32,000 bases of DNA from Microcystis aeruginosa NIES-843 (GCF_000010625.1 NC_010296.1:2670001-2702000); one strand, 5' to 3'. Counted from the first letter of the stretch, positions 1 through 10,026 are shown. Notes: generated by a model not told the origin, from the letters alone. Made by a program: numbers and translations.

Positions 1-303
1 TTTCGGGATGTTGGCTTCTAGCTTAGAGCGAACTTCACTGGAAAGGTCACTGTTGGCGCGATCCGCATCTCCTCCAGTTAGATTGTTGCGTTGCTCACGA
101 GCGCGAATATCAGAATTGAGTTGATTTCGGCGCACTTGACTAGACGCATCGCTTTGGTTCTTTTGGACTGTTTTAGTATCAGGAACTTGCCCCGTTTCCT
201 CTGTGGAAGAAGGGGCGTTGGTGCTAGTTTTAGCGTTGTTCTCACAAGCCACAGTTCCAATCAGTAGAAGGCTGCTGAGGATTAAAGTTGTGATCTTTTT
301 CAT
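1..303 (-). CDS. Putative lipoprotein, N-terminal part (gene runs off the window start)
   Basis: ATG at 303-301 lies 8 nt after AAGGA. The reverse frame is open to position 1. It translates MKKITTLILSSLLLIGTVACENNAK..., a signal peptide ending in a lipobox-like Cys, followed by a low-complexity polar region. It is absent from the ORF track because there is no stop in the window. Confidence 0.55.
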   Translation of the reverse strand, partial: MKKITTLILSSLLLIGTVACENNAKTSTNAPSSTEETGQVPDTKTVQKNQSDASSQVRRNQLNSDIRAREQRNNLTGGDADRANSDLSSEVRSKLEANIPK

Positions 304-331
304 GATGCAAATCCTTTAATAATTTCCGATT

Positions 332-934
332 TTACAAACGAGAAGCAGGAGGATCGACATAGCCTTCAATTGCTAGGGCATTGTAAATTTCCCACTCGCG
401 AATCCCTCGGCGCTTTAGAATTGTTTCAGCCTGAAGGATGTCAGCATCTGCACCGTCCACGATCAACAGGTAGTCTCCACGAACCACATAATCGTGATAG
501 ACTCGTGCCCGATCTTCTGGAATTCCTAGACCAATTAGACCACCTACCAAACCTCCGGTAGCCGTCCCGATTGCACCGCCAGCTAACGTGGTAGCGATCG
601 CAGTTGCAGCCGCCCCTGCCAACATGACGGGGCCCACTCCAGGAATTGCCAATATGCCCAACCCAACCAGCAAGCCTGTCAGTCCTCCGATGGCTCCGCC
701 TGCAGCTGCCCCGGTCTTTGCTCCTTCGTCAATATGAGTTGTTTTTGTTTCGGTAAGCTCTTGAACTCGTGTCTCACCAATCCGGTTGCTCTGCTCCAGT
801 CGTTCAGGCTCTTTGGCAATGATTGATACCTCATTCATGGCAAATCCGTCATCTCGTAATCCATTCAGTGCCTTCTCTGCCTCTTGATAGCTAGAGAAGA
901 TTCCCACGGCTCGTTTACGGTTAGTTAAAGTCAT
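332..934 (-). CDS. Glycine-zipper membrane protein, general-stress-protein-like (DUF1269-like)
   Basis: ORF 332..946. The ATG at 934 lies just downstream of GGAGGG (the listed 946 start is a TTG inside that RBS). The central region is Gly/Ala-rich (GAAAGGAIGGLTGLLVGLG...GGLVGGLIGLG), flanked by small soluble domains. Confidence 0.7.
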   Translation of the reverse strand: MTLTNRKRAVGIFSSYQEAEKALNGLRDDGFAMNEVSIIAKEPERLEQSNRIGETRVQELTETKTTHIDEGAKTGAAAGGAIGGLTGLLVGLGILAIPGVGPVMLAGAAATAIATTLAGGAIGTATGGLVGGLIGLGIPEDRARVYHDYVVRGDYLLIVDGADADILQAETILKRRGIREWEIYNALAIEGYVDPPASRL

Positions 935-995
935 TTTTCCCTCCAACGCTATGCGGTAAAAGCTTTGTAAATCCTATAGTATGGCGAACTATAGC

Positions 996-1168
996 GATTG
1001 AATTTCCTGATTCGAGTTGATAATTCTGCTCTTGGCATTACTGTAACAGGCGGTTGCTTGATTTACTGTATGAATTGATTGAGTCTGTATGAATTGCTTG
1101 AATACGACACAAAATGTAACGGGCGATGCACTAGAACTACCTTTTTTTATTAATAAATAGCGCCGCCC
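996..1168 (-). repeat. Leader/promoter-like repeat, copy A (upstream of the 332..934 gene, downstream of higA)
   Basis: Shares the core ...aattctgct..ggttg.ttgattt..tgaattgatt...ctgtatgaattgcttgaatacgacacaaaa.gtaacgggcgatgcac... with copies at 5283-5472, 10921-11031 and 12714-12879. Confidence 0.7.
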
Positions 1169-1208
1169 TTAACAGACGGTAAGGCCACTCTTTTTGTCTC
1201 TGCTGCTC

Positions 1209-1538
1209 TTATTGCACTGCTAGAACAGAAATATGTCCGACCTCTTTTGTATCGCTACGAGGCCGGATGACGATCTCTACGTCTTGATTCAATGCCGTGA
1301 GAAATTCCATCAATCGTTCAACTGAAAATTGATCGAGCCGATAGTTTTTTAGTGCTGAAACCTTGGGCTGCGGGATATTAAGCAGTATGGCAATCTCCCT
1401 CTGTTTCAGCTTGCGACTTTTCAGAAGTTCGTTAACGGCCAGGGCTAGGCGTGTTTTCGTTTGCCGTTCGGTTGCGTCTGGATAACCAAGGTCAGCGAAA
1501 ACGTTTGTGGTGCCACGAGTAATTTCCAAATAGCTCAT
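1209..1538 (-). CDS. higA: HigA-like XRE-family HTH antitoxin
   Basis: 109 aa with an HTH segment (KLKQREIAILLNIPQPKVSALKN). There is a 4-nt ATGA overlap with the upstream toxin gene. Confidence 0.8.
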   Translation of the reverse strand: MSYLEITRGTTNVFADLGYPDATERQTKTRLALAVNELLKSRKLKQREIAILLNIPQPKVSALKNYRLDQFSVERLMEFLTALNQDVEIVIRPRSDTKEVGHISVLAVQ

Positions 1539-1894
1539 TTTGTCCCTCTACTTTCATAATCCGCTTGTGCGCGTTTCATCCGTTCAACAATAAGCTTTAC
1601 ATCCTCTTGAGGTGTCTTGATTCCAGACTTCGACTTTTTCTGGAATGCGTGCAGAACGTAAACAACTTCAGCGAAGCGCACAGTATAGACCGCTCGATAA
1701 GTGTCGCCTCGATGATCTTCGACGATCTCAAATACTCCTGCCCCTTCACCCTTCCAAGGTTTAGCCTTTGGATGTTTACCCCCCAACTGCGCTAGACCAA
1801 GGGCATAGCCCATATCGTCCTGCACCTCGGCAGGGAAAGTCAGGTAGTCCTTTTTCGCAGAGGCCACCCAATACAAGGGTTTTTCCCGCGACAT
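1535..1894 (-). CDS. higB: HigB/RelE-superfamily toxin (phage Gp49-like, DUF891-type)
   Basis: 119 aa (KPLYWVASAKKDYLTFPAEVQ...YRAVYTVRFAEVVYVLHAFQKKS), typical of the Gp49-like toxin family. It is translationally coupled to higA. Confidence 0.8.
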   Translation of the reverse strand: MSREKPLYWVASAKKDYLTFPAEVQDDMGYALGLAQLGGKHPKAKPWKGEGAGVFEIVEDHRGDTYRAVYTVRFAEVVYVLHAFQKKSKSGIKTPQEDVKLIVERMKRAQADYESRGTK

Positions 1895-2020
1895 ACTTTT
1901 AGAAATTTATATCACTCAACAATATACCCAAACTGGAATAATCAGTCAAGGAATTAACAGAGCGGCGGTATCGCTTGAAGTTGCATTGCGGGGTCAATAT
2001 CAACATTCGATTCAGGCTGA

Positions 2021-2057
2021 GGCAATAATAAACCCCTTCATTTTCTTATTGAAGGGG
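2021..2057 (-). terminator. Rho-independent terminator after PEP-CTERM gene 1
   Basis: Perfect 8-bp stem CCCCTTCA (2033-2040) / TGAAGGGG (2050-2057). On the minus strand it is followed by TTTATTATT. It lies 23 nt downstream of the stop at 2080. Confidence 0.55.
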
Positions 2058-2079
2058 CGTTTGTGGGGTTTTCTGATTG

Positions 2080-3198
2080 TTAGGAATCTTTTTCTAGTTC
2101 TTTTCCAGTGGATTTAGATGGTTTAATTTTGCGCGTGAGGACTGCACCTGCTCCTAAAGTGCCGAAGGCAAGAAGCCCAAGAACAGAGGAGGGTTCGGGA
2201 ACTGAACTGGAAACAGGGGCAAGTTGAAAAAGTTGCTGGTATGCCCTTCCCTGTGATCCATCACCAAGGTATCCCAATTGGGCAAAACCAACATCATAAT
2301 CAGACAAAATATCAATACTTGTATCTACCCAAAAACGGTTCTTCGGTTTGTGTTATGCAATGGACGGGAGTTATAAGGAGTGAAACCCTTATATAGAAAG
2401 ACATTGCTTCGATTTTTGCCAATTGTTTTCAATCTAGAACGAGCTAATCAATTAAGTCTTTTGCCAGATAAGGATTTAGCCGATTTCTGCCCCCTGATCG
2501 AACCATACCAAGTAACGAAGAACCCCAAAAACTAGATAGGTTAGGAATAGCTACAGGAGGTCCATTGATGACTTGAGAGAAGGAATATATTGAAGTAGCA
2601 CTACCAATGTTGTTACTTCCTTGTGTAGTTCCCACGTCAATAGTCCCTGTTAAAAAAGGTGAGAAACCATTGAGAGAACGATATCGCAGAGGCGATGTTA
2701 TCTCAGTGATATCGTTCTCTAGGCTTGTAACCTTGAAATTGTAACTGAAGCTTTTCGTCCCTGCACCAAAAACACTCAGTTCCTGATTGTTAGCATAATA
2801 GGCTACTCCATGACCAAAGGCTATCGGGTCTTCTTCTTGTACTACAATATTATTGAAGTCAAAGCTGGTAGCTGTCCCAGTTATACTACTATTTACCAAA
2901 GACCAGTTACTTAGAATTTCTTGTCCTAAGCTAAACGGCGCTTAACCTGCATGATCCAACAGCTATAACCCTTTTGGAGTCTATATCGGTGATCCGAAGT
3001 AAAAGCCGTTTAGCTTACCTGAATAGAACCACCATTAAAAAGCTCAGTTAGAGTACACGAATCCGTTGCAGCACATCCGACAGTGACTGTAGCGGCTAAC
3101 ATTGGATTAGCCACAATTATCAATCCACCGAAGAGAATTCCGCTACTTAAAGTACCTTTGATCACAAATTTAGCACCAGTTTTCATCAATCTCATCAT
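2080..3198 (-). pseudogene. PEP-CTERM secreted protein 1, fragmented into three ORFs
   Basis: The N-terminus MMRLMKTGAKFVIKGTLSSGILFGGLIIVANPMLA is a signal peptide (ATG at 3198). The C-terminus is VPEPSSVLGLLAFGTLGAGAVLTRK (PEP-CTERM). The gene is broken by the 87-bp MITE at 2929-3015 and by a second frame break between about 2310 and 2445. Confidence 0.7.
2929..3015. mobile_element. 87-bp MITE with TA target duplication and IS630-like termini
   Basis: TIRs are AGCTAAACGGCG (2929-) and AGCCGTTTAGCT (-3015), flanked by TA at 2927-2928 and 3016-3017. Removing the element plus one TA restores the frame ...GGSIQVGQEILSNWSLVNSS... Confidence 0.65.
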
Positions 3199-5281
3199 GT
3201 ACCCCACATTCCGCACCCTAAGTGTCACAACGTCTCAAAAGAGGAAGGGGCGCGAGTCAAAATACTTATCTAGAGGAGTGAGTTGGCGGCAAGCTGCCGG
3301 CAACTAAGCCGAAAATTTCAGAGTTCCCCCGGTCATTCTCAATAAACAGTGCTTGTTGAGAATGACTAGGCAATCAGACTTAACATCTAGGGGGAGATGT
3401 TCCAGTTGCTCGCTTTGTTTTGTCACCCCTTGAAGTCAATCCATCTGGTCAAGATAAGAGATAATATTCCTGGCAAGGTTTGGGAAAAAATCTCAAAATG
3501 TTGCGCCTCTCATCCGTTAAGTTGCTAATCTTTTGATTGTCTTGAATACGGACGAGATGAATCCCTTGAAAGCACTGAAATATCCAGCGTAACGTCGGTC
3601 GGTCAGTTAACTTACCCAACGGATTTTTCAGTCCCGTCTCCTGCTGTTTTAAACTTAAACGAAGTTGTCTTTGACCAATAGTATAAACCAGCAGGCACAA
3701 GCCCATGAGCATGGCCATGACCTCGATTCTATGGGGAGATTTGAGAAAGACACTGTGGGCAAAAAAGCAGGGGTCTTTGAGAAAAGAAAATCCTCTTTCC
3801 GGAGCTTGTTGCCCTTTATATTTTTTGAGTATATCCTCACTGCTTAATCGTTGTTTCTCCAAATCGTTAGTTGCTAAAACGAATCGTCCTGCTCGTTTCT
3901 TTAGCCTCTCAATGGCGGTCAAATTCAACTCTAATTCGGCTTGACTTGATAGCTTTGAGAGGGTAAATCGTCTTTTGATTTGAGTTTTGACCCCTGGGAC
4001 TCAGGCGGAATGAGATTGACTTTAATCTCCGTTAACTGATGAGATTTTAAGGAGTCAGATAATCCTTTGGCTATCGCCAACGCCACCGCTCTATTCTCAA
4101 ATTCTCTTCGGGATAGTTGCCGGATTTTTTCTTGGGCAGAATTCTTTTCCTGCTCGATTTTTTTCTCTAATTTTTTCAAGTCTGATTCTTGTCTAGCTTG
4201 ACTTTCAACTAGCAACCATCTTTGTTCTATCCCCCCATAGTTAGAGATGGTTTCCCGCCAGGAATAACCCGGTATTTCTGAATCGGTTAACTCTTTTTCT
4301 GAGATGCTATCAACCAACTCTTGAGCCTCTTTAATGCTTAATGGTACTCGAGACAACCAACGCATTTCTTTCATTAGTTTTAAATTCTCTTTGCTATAGA
4401 GGGCGCTATCGCCGACTATTAAACTGTCAAAGTCAACTTGTTTTTTAAATTCTCGGGCGATTTGACCAAAAACCGCTTTGTCCGCTTCATTTCCGTCCCC
4501 TACTTTCAGGAATAAAGGTACATCTCCATCCCCACTTACGATTAAGTCAATCATAAATTGTTTTAAGTCAGGTCTTCGGTCGCGGGAGTATCCGTAGGTA
4601 ATTTTTATTGGCTGTTGTCTGGTTTCAATTTCTTCTCCCACTGCTCCTGATTTCAGGATTTCTACTGTTGGGTATTCCTTGTTATATTCTCCTTCTACTG
4701 ATAGAGAAGTCGAATCTAAATGGGAGTTCTCGGTTGCTACACCAAATTTTTTCACGGCCGCTAAACTAATCAGTAGGAAAATGACCGAAACATTAAGTTG
4801 ATAAAGTTTGTCCATTACTCGACCAATTTTATCATCATTCAGGTGTTTTGGTTCGATGCCCTCTCCCAGCAGATGTTCGGTTGCTTTATCTTCAAAAAAT
4901 TGAGGAAATAAATACAAGGCTCGGGAGACAAATCCCAATCCATTCAGGATAATTGCTTTCACGACTTGCCCAGCTGTGACAATTTCTCCTCGCTCAATTG
5001 AGACTTGTTCGTTGATAATTTCAACGATTCCTATTTCATCGATAATTCCGGCTACTAATCCCAGATGGTCTAGATTTTTGACTTCAATTTCTGTTGATTG
5101 ATTCATGGTCGAACAGTCCACTCGCCTCAGTTTTCCAACAATTCCTATTTTTTCATAATTAGGGGTCTCAAGACCCCCCTAGCGGCCACCGAGAAAACCT
5201 TCACCAGCTAGGTATTTTTACTCAAGTCTCTGGCGGGGGACAGCTTATGTGACAGTTGAGGGTGCGGAATGTGGGATGTAC
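3199..5281 (-). mobile_element. IS1634-family (IS4-like) insertion sequence
   Basis: Terminal inverted repeats: GTACCCCACATTCCGCACCCTAAGTGTCAC (3199-) versus the reverse complement of 5250-5281, GTACATCCCACATTCCGCACCCTCAACTGTCAC. I could not see a target duplication. Confidence 0.8.
3449..5121 (-). pseudogene. IS1634-family transposase split into two frames (396 aa + 159 aa)
   Basis: The N-terminus ...NLDHLGLVAGIIDEIGIVEIINE...AIILNGLGF is typical of the family. The frame changes at about 3928-3933 (TAG, then a TTG-started ORF in another frame). Confidence 0.8.
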
Positions 5282-5282
5282 G

Positions 5283-5472
5283 CTCCTTATTGAATTTGAG
5301 AACTGCTTACCTGAGTCGAGTCAACAATTCTGCTTCTGCTATTACCCTGATAGATGGTTGTTTGATTTGATGTGTGAATTGATTAAAACTGTATGAATTG
5401 CTTGAATACGACACAAAACGTAACGGGCGATGCACTAGAACTACCTTTTTTTATTAATAAATAGCGCCGCCC
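5283..5472 (-). repeat. Leader/promoter-like repeat, copy B (separated from PEP-CTERM gene 1 by the IS1634 insertion)
   Basis: Near-identical to copy C over the core and to copy A at the 5' side. On the minus strand it ends in AATAAGGAG directly at the IS end. It is followed at 5473-5500 by a 27-nt higA fragment (cttgattcaatgccgtgataaattc). Confidence 0.7.
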
Positions 5473-5711
5473 CTTGATTCAATGCCGTGATAAATTCGAT
5501 TTTTGGACTTAGGAAGACGAAAACAACCAAACGCCGATTCAAAAATGAAGTGCACCACTAGGGTAGTCTTCCAATGAGGAGGCTCATCAAGGTAACCTGA
5601 CTTGTACCACCAAGAGAGGAAACCCAAGACGAAGCTCCTCACATCAATTAGGAGTTAAATGCTACTTTGCTAATCCTTACCATTCTTGGGAGCGAGGACT
5701 CAACGAGCATA

Positions 5712-6941
5712 AGCTAAAACGCACTTAAACCACCTAAAATAGAAATAGTAATTTTAGAAAAATCCTACTTATGCCAGCAAAAGATTTCCTAGACTTAGAA
5801 GAAAAGAAAAACTTACAAAAAGCTCTTAAAGAAGAAGAAAGAGCAGAGGTTAGGGAAAGAATTTTAATGTTTCTCTTGCTAAACGACGGAAAAACTCAAC
5901 GAGAAATAGCTGACTTTATTGGCTGTTCACTCAAAACGGTCGCCCCTTGGTGTGTTCACGGTGATCCTAACAATTTAGAAAGTCTAGAAGATGGGAGAAA
6001 AAATGGAAATCATAAAAAAGCCACAGAGGAATATATTAATTTACTATTAAAAATAGTTGATGAAGACCCGAAGGAATTTGGATATGAATTCGGGAGATGG
6101 ACAGCGGCAAGATTAGCAGAGCATCTAGAAAAGGAAACAAGAATTAAACTGAGTGGCTCGCAAGTGAGAAGAATATTGAGAAGAAAAAAGTATGTGTATA
6201 TCTGGGCGAAATATAGTCTAGAAGATAAGCAAGACAAGAAATTAAGAAAAGCATTTAAAGAAAAATTAGATGAATATTTAAGGTTGGCTAAAGAAAAGCC
6301 AGAGTCAATCCAGGTATGGTTTTGGGACGGGGCTTTCAAGGTGGCGACGCAGGTTCGCCACACAGCCCCTCATGAGTGTGGATTTAGTTTGAGAGTAATA
6401 AGAAGGAGAGCTTGGACAAAAAAAGGAAAGCGAAAAAAAGTGAATGGACAAAGAAAAAGAGGAAGGGTGAATGTGATGGGAGCCTTAAGATATAATGACA
6501 AAAAACGAGTCTGTTTTATGAGCAAAAAAGGAAATTCAGAAACTTTCCATGAACAATTAAAGAAACTTCATGAAGAGATTCGTCAAGAATGGATAAACTT
6601 GGGAAATCTGCCCGAAGATTTTCGAGAAAAAGGACCGAAAATTATCATCATATTAGACAATGCTAGTTATCACAAAAAGAAAGATGTTATTGAGCAGGTG
6701 GAAAAAGAGTTGCCCAATATTAGGCTAGAGTTTTTACCAGCTTATAGTCCAGATTACAACCTAATAGAATTAGTGTGGCATTCCGCTAAAGAGTACATAG
6801 CTAATCGAGAATTTGAAAATAAAGAAGAACTGGAAAAAGTAGTCAATCAGCTTTTAAATGAAGGGGGATTGATTATTAAATGGAGTAGAAAACTTAAAAA
6901 TAAGGGTAATGCTGTCAATGTAACTTAAATGCGTAAAAGCT
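5712..6941 (+). mobile_element. IS630-family insertion sequence with TA duplication
   Basis: TIRs are AGCTAAAACGCACTTAA (5712-) and TTAAATGCGTAAAAGCT (-6941), flanked by TA at 5710-5711 and 6942-6943. Confidence 0.8.
5771..6928 (+). CDS. IS630-family (Tc1/mariner-like) DDE transposase
   Basis: 385 aa with an N-terminal HTH, ...ECGFSLRVIRRRAWTKKG..., ILDNASYHKK and LPAYSPDYNLIELVW motifs. It contains an anomalous 45-nt insert (see findings). Confidence 0.85.
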   Translation: MPAKDFLDLEEKKNLQKALKEEERAEVRERILMFLLLNDGKTQREIADFIGCSLKTVAPWCVHGDPNNLESLEDGRKNGNHKKATEEYINLLLKIVDEDPKEFGYEFGRWTAARLAEHLEKETRIKLSGSQVRRILRRKKYVYIWAKYSLEDKQDKKLRKAFKEKLDEYLRLAKEKPESIQVWFWDGAFKVATQVRHTAPHECGFSLRVIRRRAWTKKGKRKKVNGQRKRGRVNVMGALRYNDKKRVCFMSKKGNSETFHEQLKKLHEEIRQEWINLGNLPEDFREKGPKIIIILDNASYHKKKDVIEQVEKELPNIRLEFLPAYSPDYNLIELVWHSAKEYIANREFENKEELEKVVNQLLNEGGLIIKWSRKLKNKGNAVNVT

Positions 6942-7175
6942 TACTAACGGTCTCATGCGGCAGTTTTTCCCGAAAGGGACAAATTTCTCTCATCGTCAAA
7001 CAAGCTGAGGTAGACCGAGTGACAGACTTAATCAACCATCGACCCCGAAAAGCCCTTGACTATCGCACTCCATCTGAGGTATTCTTCAATCAGTCAGGTA
7101 CTGGTGCACTTCAAACTTGAATTGGCCTTTGCTAAAATCTACAATAGAAATAAATACTAACTAAACAGCTAAATT

Positions 7176-7379
7176 ATGACAACTCAGCCTAAAGACCCTG
7201 AAATAGTTTTACGCGATGGGAAACCAGTGTCGGTTATTCTCGATATTGAGGTTTATCAAGAGATGTTAGAGCAAATTGAAGCGATTGAAGATTTAAAGGC
7301 TTTAGCCGAAATGCGCCAGAAACCCCTTGAGTTTCGTTCTCTAGATGACTTTCTCAAAGATTATTCAACGGATGTATGA
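7176..7379 (+). CDS. Phd/YefM-like antitoxin
   Basis: 67 aa (VLRDGKPVSVILDIEVYQEMLE). It overlaps the downstream toxin gene by 8 nt. Confidence 0.75.
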   Translation: MTTQPKDPEIVLRDGKPVSVILDIEVYQEMLEQIEAIEDLKALAEMRQKPLEFRSLDDFLKDYSTDV

Positions 7380-7626
7380 AGTTCTTCTAGAAAAACAGGC
7401 GGAACGGGATTTAAGAAAATTACCTGCTGATTTATTTGAGCGTATTATTCCGGTCATTAGAGCCTTAAACACTAATCCTAGACCATCTGGATGTCTTAAG
7501 TTGAAAAACTCCCTACAAGATTACCGTGTTCGAGTTGGAGAGTATCGAATTATTTACGAAATTGATGATAAAAACCAAGTTGTGAAAGTGATGCGAGTTC
7601 GACACAGAAGGGAAAGTTATCGTTAG
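7372..7626 (+). CDS. RelE/ParE-family toxin
   Basis: ATG at 7372 (MYEVLLEKQAERDLRKLP...YRVRVGEYRIIYEIDDKNQVVKVMRVRHRRESY). The listed 7345 start is an upstream extension in the same frame. Confidence 0.75.
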   Translation: MYEVLLEKQAERDLRKLPADLFERIIPVIRALNTNPRPSGCLKLKNSLQDYRVRVGEYRIIYEIDDKNQVVKVMRVRHRRESYR

Positions 7627-7644
7627 AATTTGTTTAGATGATCT

Positions 7645-7684
7645 CTGTAAAAAAGCAAGGTGAGGCATTTATAGGAAATGCCTC
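7645..7684 (-). terminator. Hairpin terminator between convergent genes
   Basis: Perfect 9-bp stem GAGGCATTT (7662-7670) / AAATGCCTC (7676-7684). On the minus strand it is followed by ACCTTGCTTTTTT. Confidence 0.45.
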
Positions 7685-7695
7685 TAGCACTATCT

Positions 7696-8110
7696 TCAAG
7701 ATTTGCGTTTTAAGGCTGCACCTATTCCTAGAGTTCCGAAGGCGAGAATCCCAAGAATAGAGGAGGGTTCAGGAATTGAACTCGAAGCAGTCGGGAGTTG
7801 GATATTATCCACAATTTCAGGACAAATCGCAGCTCCACAACCAGGTGTTGTTATGCTTATTGCATCAAATGTAATATCACGAAACCCATAAAATGCTGGG
7901 TTTGCGGGGTTTGTGGTCACAGCATTGAATGACTCAACCAGGTTTCCGCCCAAGAAAGCTTGGAAAGTAGTAGTTCCATCTCCACTTTTAAAGCTAAACG
8001 CTGCCTCTGTTTGTGGTTTGGTGAAGTTGATACCTATGGGAAATCTGGCTGACCCAAAGCCGTACGGTACAAAGTTGCCGATACTGCCTCCGCCATTAGC
8101 CGCATCAAAG
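7696..8110 (-). pseudogene. PEP-CTERM secreted protein 2, C-terminal fragment
   Basis: Ends in IPEPSSILGILAFGTLGIGAALKRKS. It joins in frame to 10672-10912 when the nested IS block is removed. Confidence 0.7.
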
Positions 8111-8663
8111 GGGAGCAAGTCAGTTTTGTCAGAACATAAATACTATTCAATAGCTAAAGACTGTTATTTAGGTAAGCACAGCGGTGTTTAAGCACTTGAG
8201 GGATATTTTCTTCATTCCACTGGGCTCCAGAAATTTTCAGTCGTCGGTCAATCTGTTTAACCGTGGATTCAACGGCTCCCGAAGCAATAGAGCAAATCTC
8301 TTCTTGTTGATAGTAATTATAATTAACAATTCGATGACGATGAATCTCTAAATAACGACAGAAATTTTCAGCTCGTTCGTTTTTTAAAGGAGAGATTAAT
8401 GCTATTGTTTCCTCAATTTTGCCCTGCCATAATAAACTTGCTGCTTTTTTCAATCTCTTCACTGAACCGCCGACTTTATGAAGATTTTCTACCAAATGAA
8501 ACCAGTCAAGTATTTCTCTTTTTTCTCCTGGACAATCCCAGTTTTTCACAATTTTCCCAATACCGGGATGTCCGTCTCCCAAACAGGTAAGGGGGTCAGA
8601 TAAAGGTTGTTGATTAACCCAATATATTAACGATTCATTCTCTCCAAACCAAGCTTTTCTTAG

Positions 8664-10026
8664 TGGGACTTAAACGCCAAATAAAGATCAAATCGAGTAT
8701 AATCGTTAAAGAGTAAGCACTTTACGTTGAAAGATCAGCGATGAAAGAGACAACCCCAGCCGCGATGCCCCCATGCTTTGACCGATGGTGTCGGCGGTTT
8801 GACAATTGCTTCAAAAACGAAGCGCAAAAAAACGGCTTCAGACAATATTTAGGAGGATTATTAGGGGAAAGTGAGAGGAAAAACCTCACTCAAATTGCCA
8901 ATAATGCCGTCGGAGTAGTTTATAACCGATTACATCACTTTTTGACCGAATCTCCCTGGTCAGACCGTCAGGTGAATGAATGTCGGTTGCAAGTGATGAA
9001 CCAATGCCGCCAGACGCAAATCCCCCGAGGATTTTCCCTGATTGTCGATGACTCAGGACATCGAAAAAGTGGCAATCTGACCGCCGGAGTTGGCAGGCAG
9101 TACCTAGGAGAAATTGGCAAGACAGACAACGGAATAGTCGCCGTCACTACCCATCTCTACGACGGCAAAAAAAGTGTCCCCCTAGACATTGAAATTTATC
9201 AACCGGCTAGTTCCTTAGCCGAGGGGAAAGAAGACAAAGAATTTAAGAAGAAACCAGAGATAGCGATAGATTTAATTGACCGGAGCTTAACCAGAGGCTA
9301 TCGACCGAAAATCGTCTTAATAGATGCTGGTTATGGCAACAACACAAATTTTCTCAAAGCCCTGGAAGAAAGAAAGCTAAAATACTTAGGAGGATTGGCA
9401 AAAAATCGAAAAGTAATTATTGAAAAAGAAGGGGGTGTGGAAGAAACAATCCAGCTTGAGCAACTAGCAAAAAGCCTATCAGAAAAGGATTGGGAGAAAA
9501 TCACCCTAAATCTAGATAAAGAAAAAACGGTTTGGGTAGCGGTATTCAGAGCGAAAATATCTCAACTAGAAGGAGAAAGGAACTTGGCGATCGTCATGAA
9601 TGCAAGTTCAATGGAAAAAGCCACAGAGGTGGACTATTTCATCACCAATGTAGTTGAGGCAGATACAGTAACAGCTTCGTGGATAGTGAGGACTTACACC
9701 GAAAGAAATTGGGTGGAAGTATTCTACCGAGAAGCCAAAGGATGGTTAGGGTTAAGGGAATATCAAGTCAGGGATAAACGAAGCTTACTTCGTCATTTTA
9801 TCCTGGTGTTTTGTGCCTATACATTTATCCTGTGGCATAAGTTAACTGGGGGATTGCAAAGGCAGTGGGCGAATCGACCTTTAAACACTTTTGTGGAAGC
9901 CTTGGAAGCTTTTCGGACAGCGATGTCTTTCCGTTTCTTTGAGTGGCTGACCGAGAATCGGGATGTGTTTGCCGCTTACAAAGCCAGTTTAGGCTTTGTT
10001 TGGGCTTGAAATTTGTTTAAGTCCCA
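8664..10026 (+). mobile_element. IS701-family insertion sequence with 4-bp TTAG duplication
   Basis: TIRs are TGGGACTTAAACGCCAAAT (8664-) and the reverse complement of 10008-10026, TGGGACTTAAACAAATTTC. TTAG occurs at 8660-8663 and 10027-10030. Confidence 0.8.
8741..10009 (+). CDS. IS701-family DDE transposase
   Basis: 422 aa with LIVDDSGHRKSGNLTAGVGRQYLGEIGKTDNG and ...TERNWVEVFYREAKGWLGL motifs. Confidence 0.85.
   Translation: MKETTPAAMPPCFDRWCRRFDNCFKNEAQKNGFRQYLGGLLGESERKNLTQIANNAVGVVYNRLHHFLTESPWSDRQVNECRLQVMNQCRQTQIPRGFSLIVDDSGHRKSGNLTAGVGRQYLGEIGKTDNGIVAVTTHLYDGKKSVPLDIEIYQPASSLAEGKEDKEFKKKPEIAIDLIDRSLTRGYRPKIVLIDAGYGNNTNFLKALEERKLKYLGGLAKNRKVIIEKEGGVEETIQLEQLAKSLSEKDWEKITLNLDKEKTVWVAVFRAKISQLEGERNLAIVMNASSMEKATEVDYFITNVVEADTVTASWIVRTYTERNWVEVFYREAKGWLGLREYQVRDKRSLLRHFILVFCAYTFILWHKLTGGLQRQWANRPLNTFVEALEAFRTAMSFRFFEWLTENRDVFAAYKASLGFVWA

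Larger units (their letters stand above)
5648..7120 (+). pseudogene. IS30-family transposase C-terminal remnant, interrupted by IS630 and frameshifted
   Basis: LGVKCYFANPYHSWERGLNEH (5648-5710) continues after the IS630 as TNGLMRQFFPKGTNFS. After a frameshift it continues ...EVDRVTDLINHRPRKALDYRTPSEVF (to 7120). These are classic IS30 C-terminal motifs. Confidence 0.6.

Noticed and set aside
3199-3228. The extended start (MTLRVRNVGY...) of ORF 3010-3228.
   Set aside because: These codons lie inside the IS1634 terminal inverted repeat. The native start is the ATG at 3198 (or 3195/3186).
5454-5642. A 62-aa minus-strand ORF.
   Set aside because: It lies antisense within the degraded IS30 remnant and higA fragment region, and has no motif or RBS.
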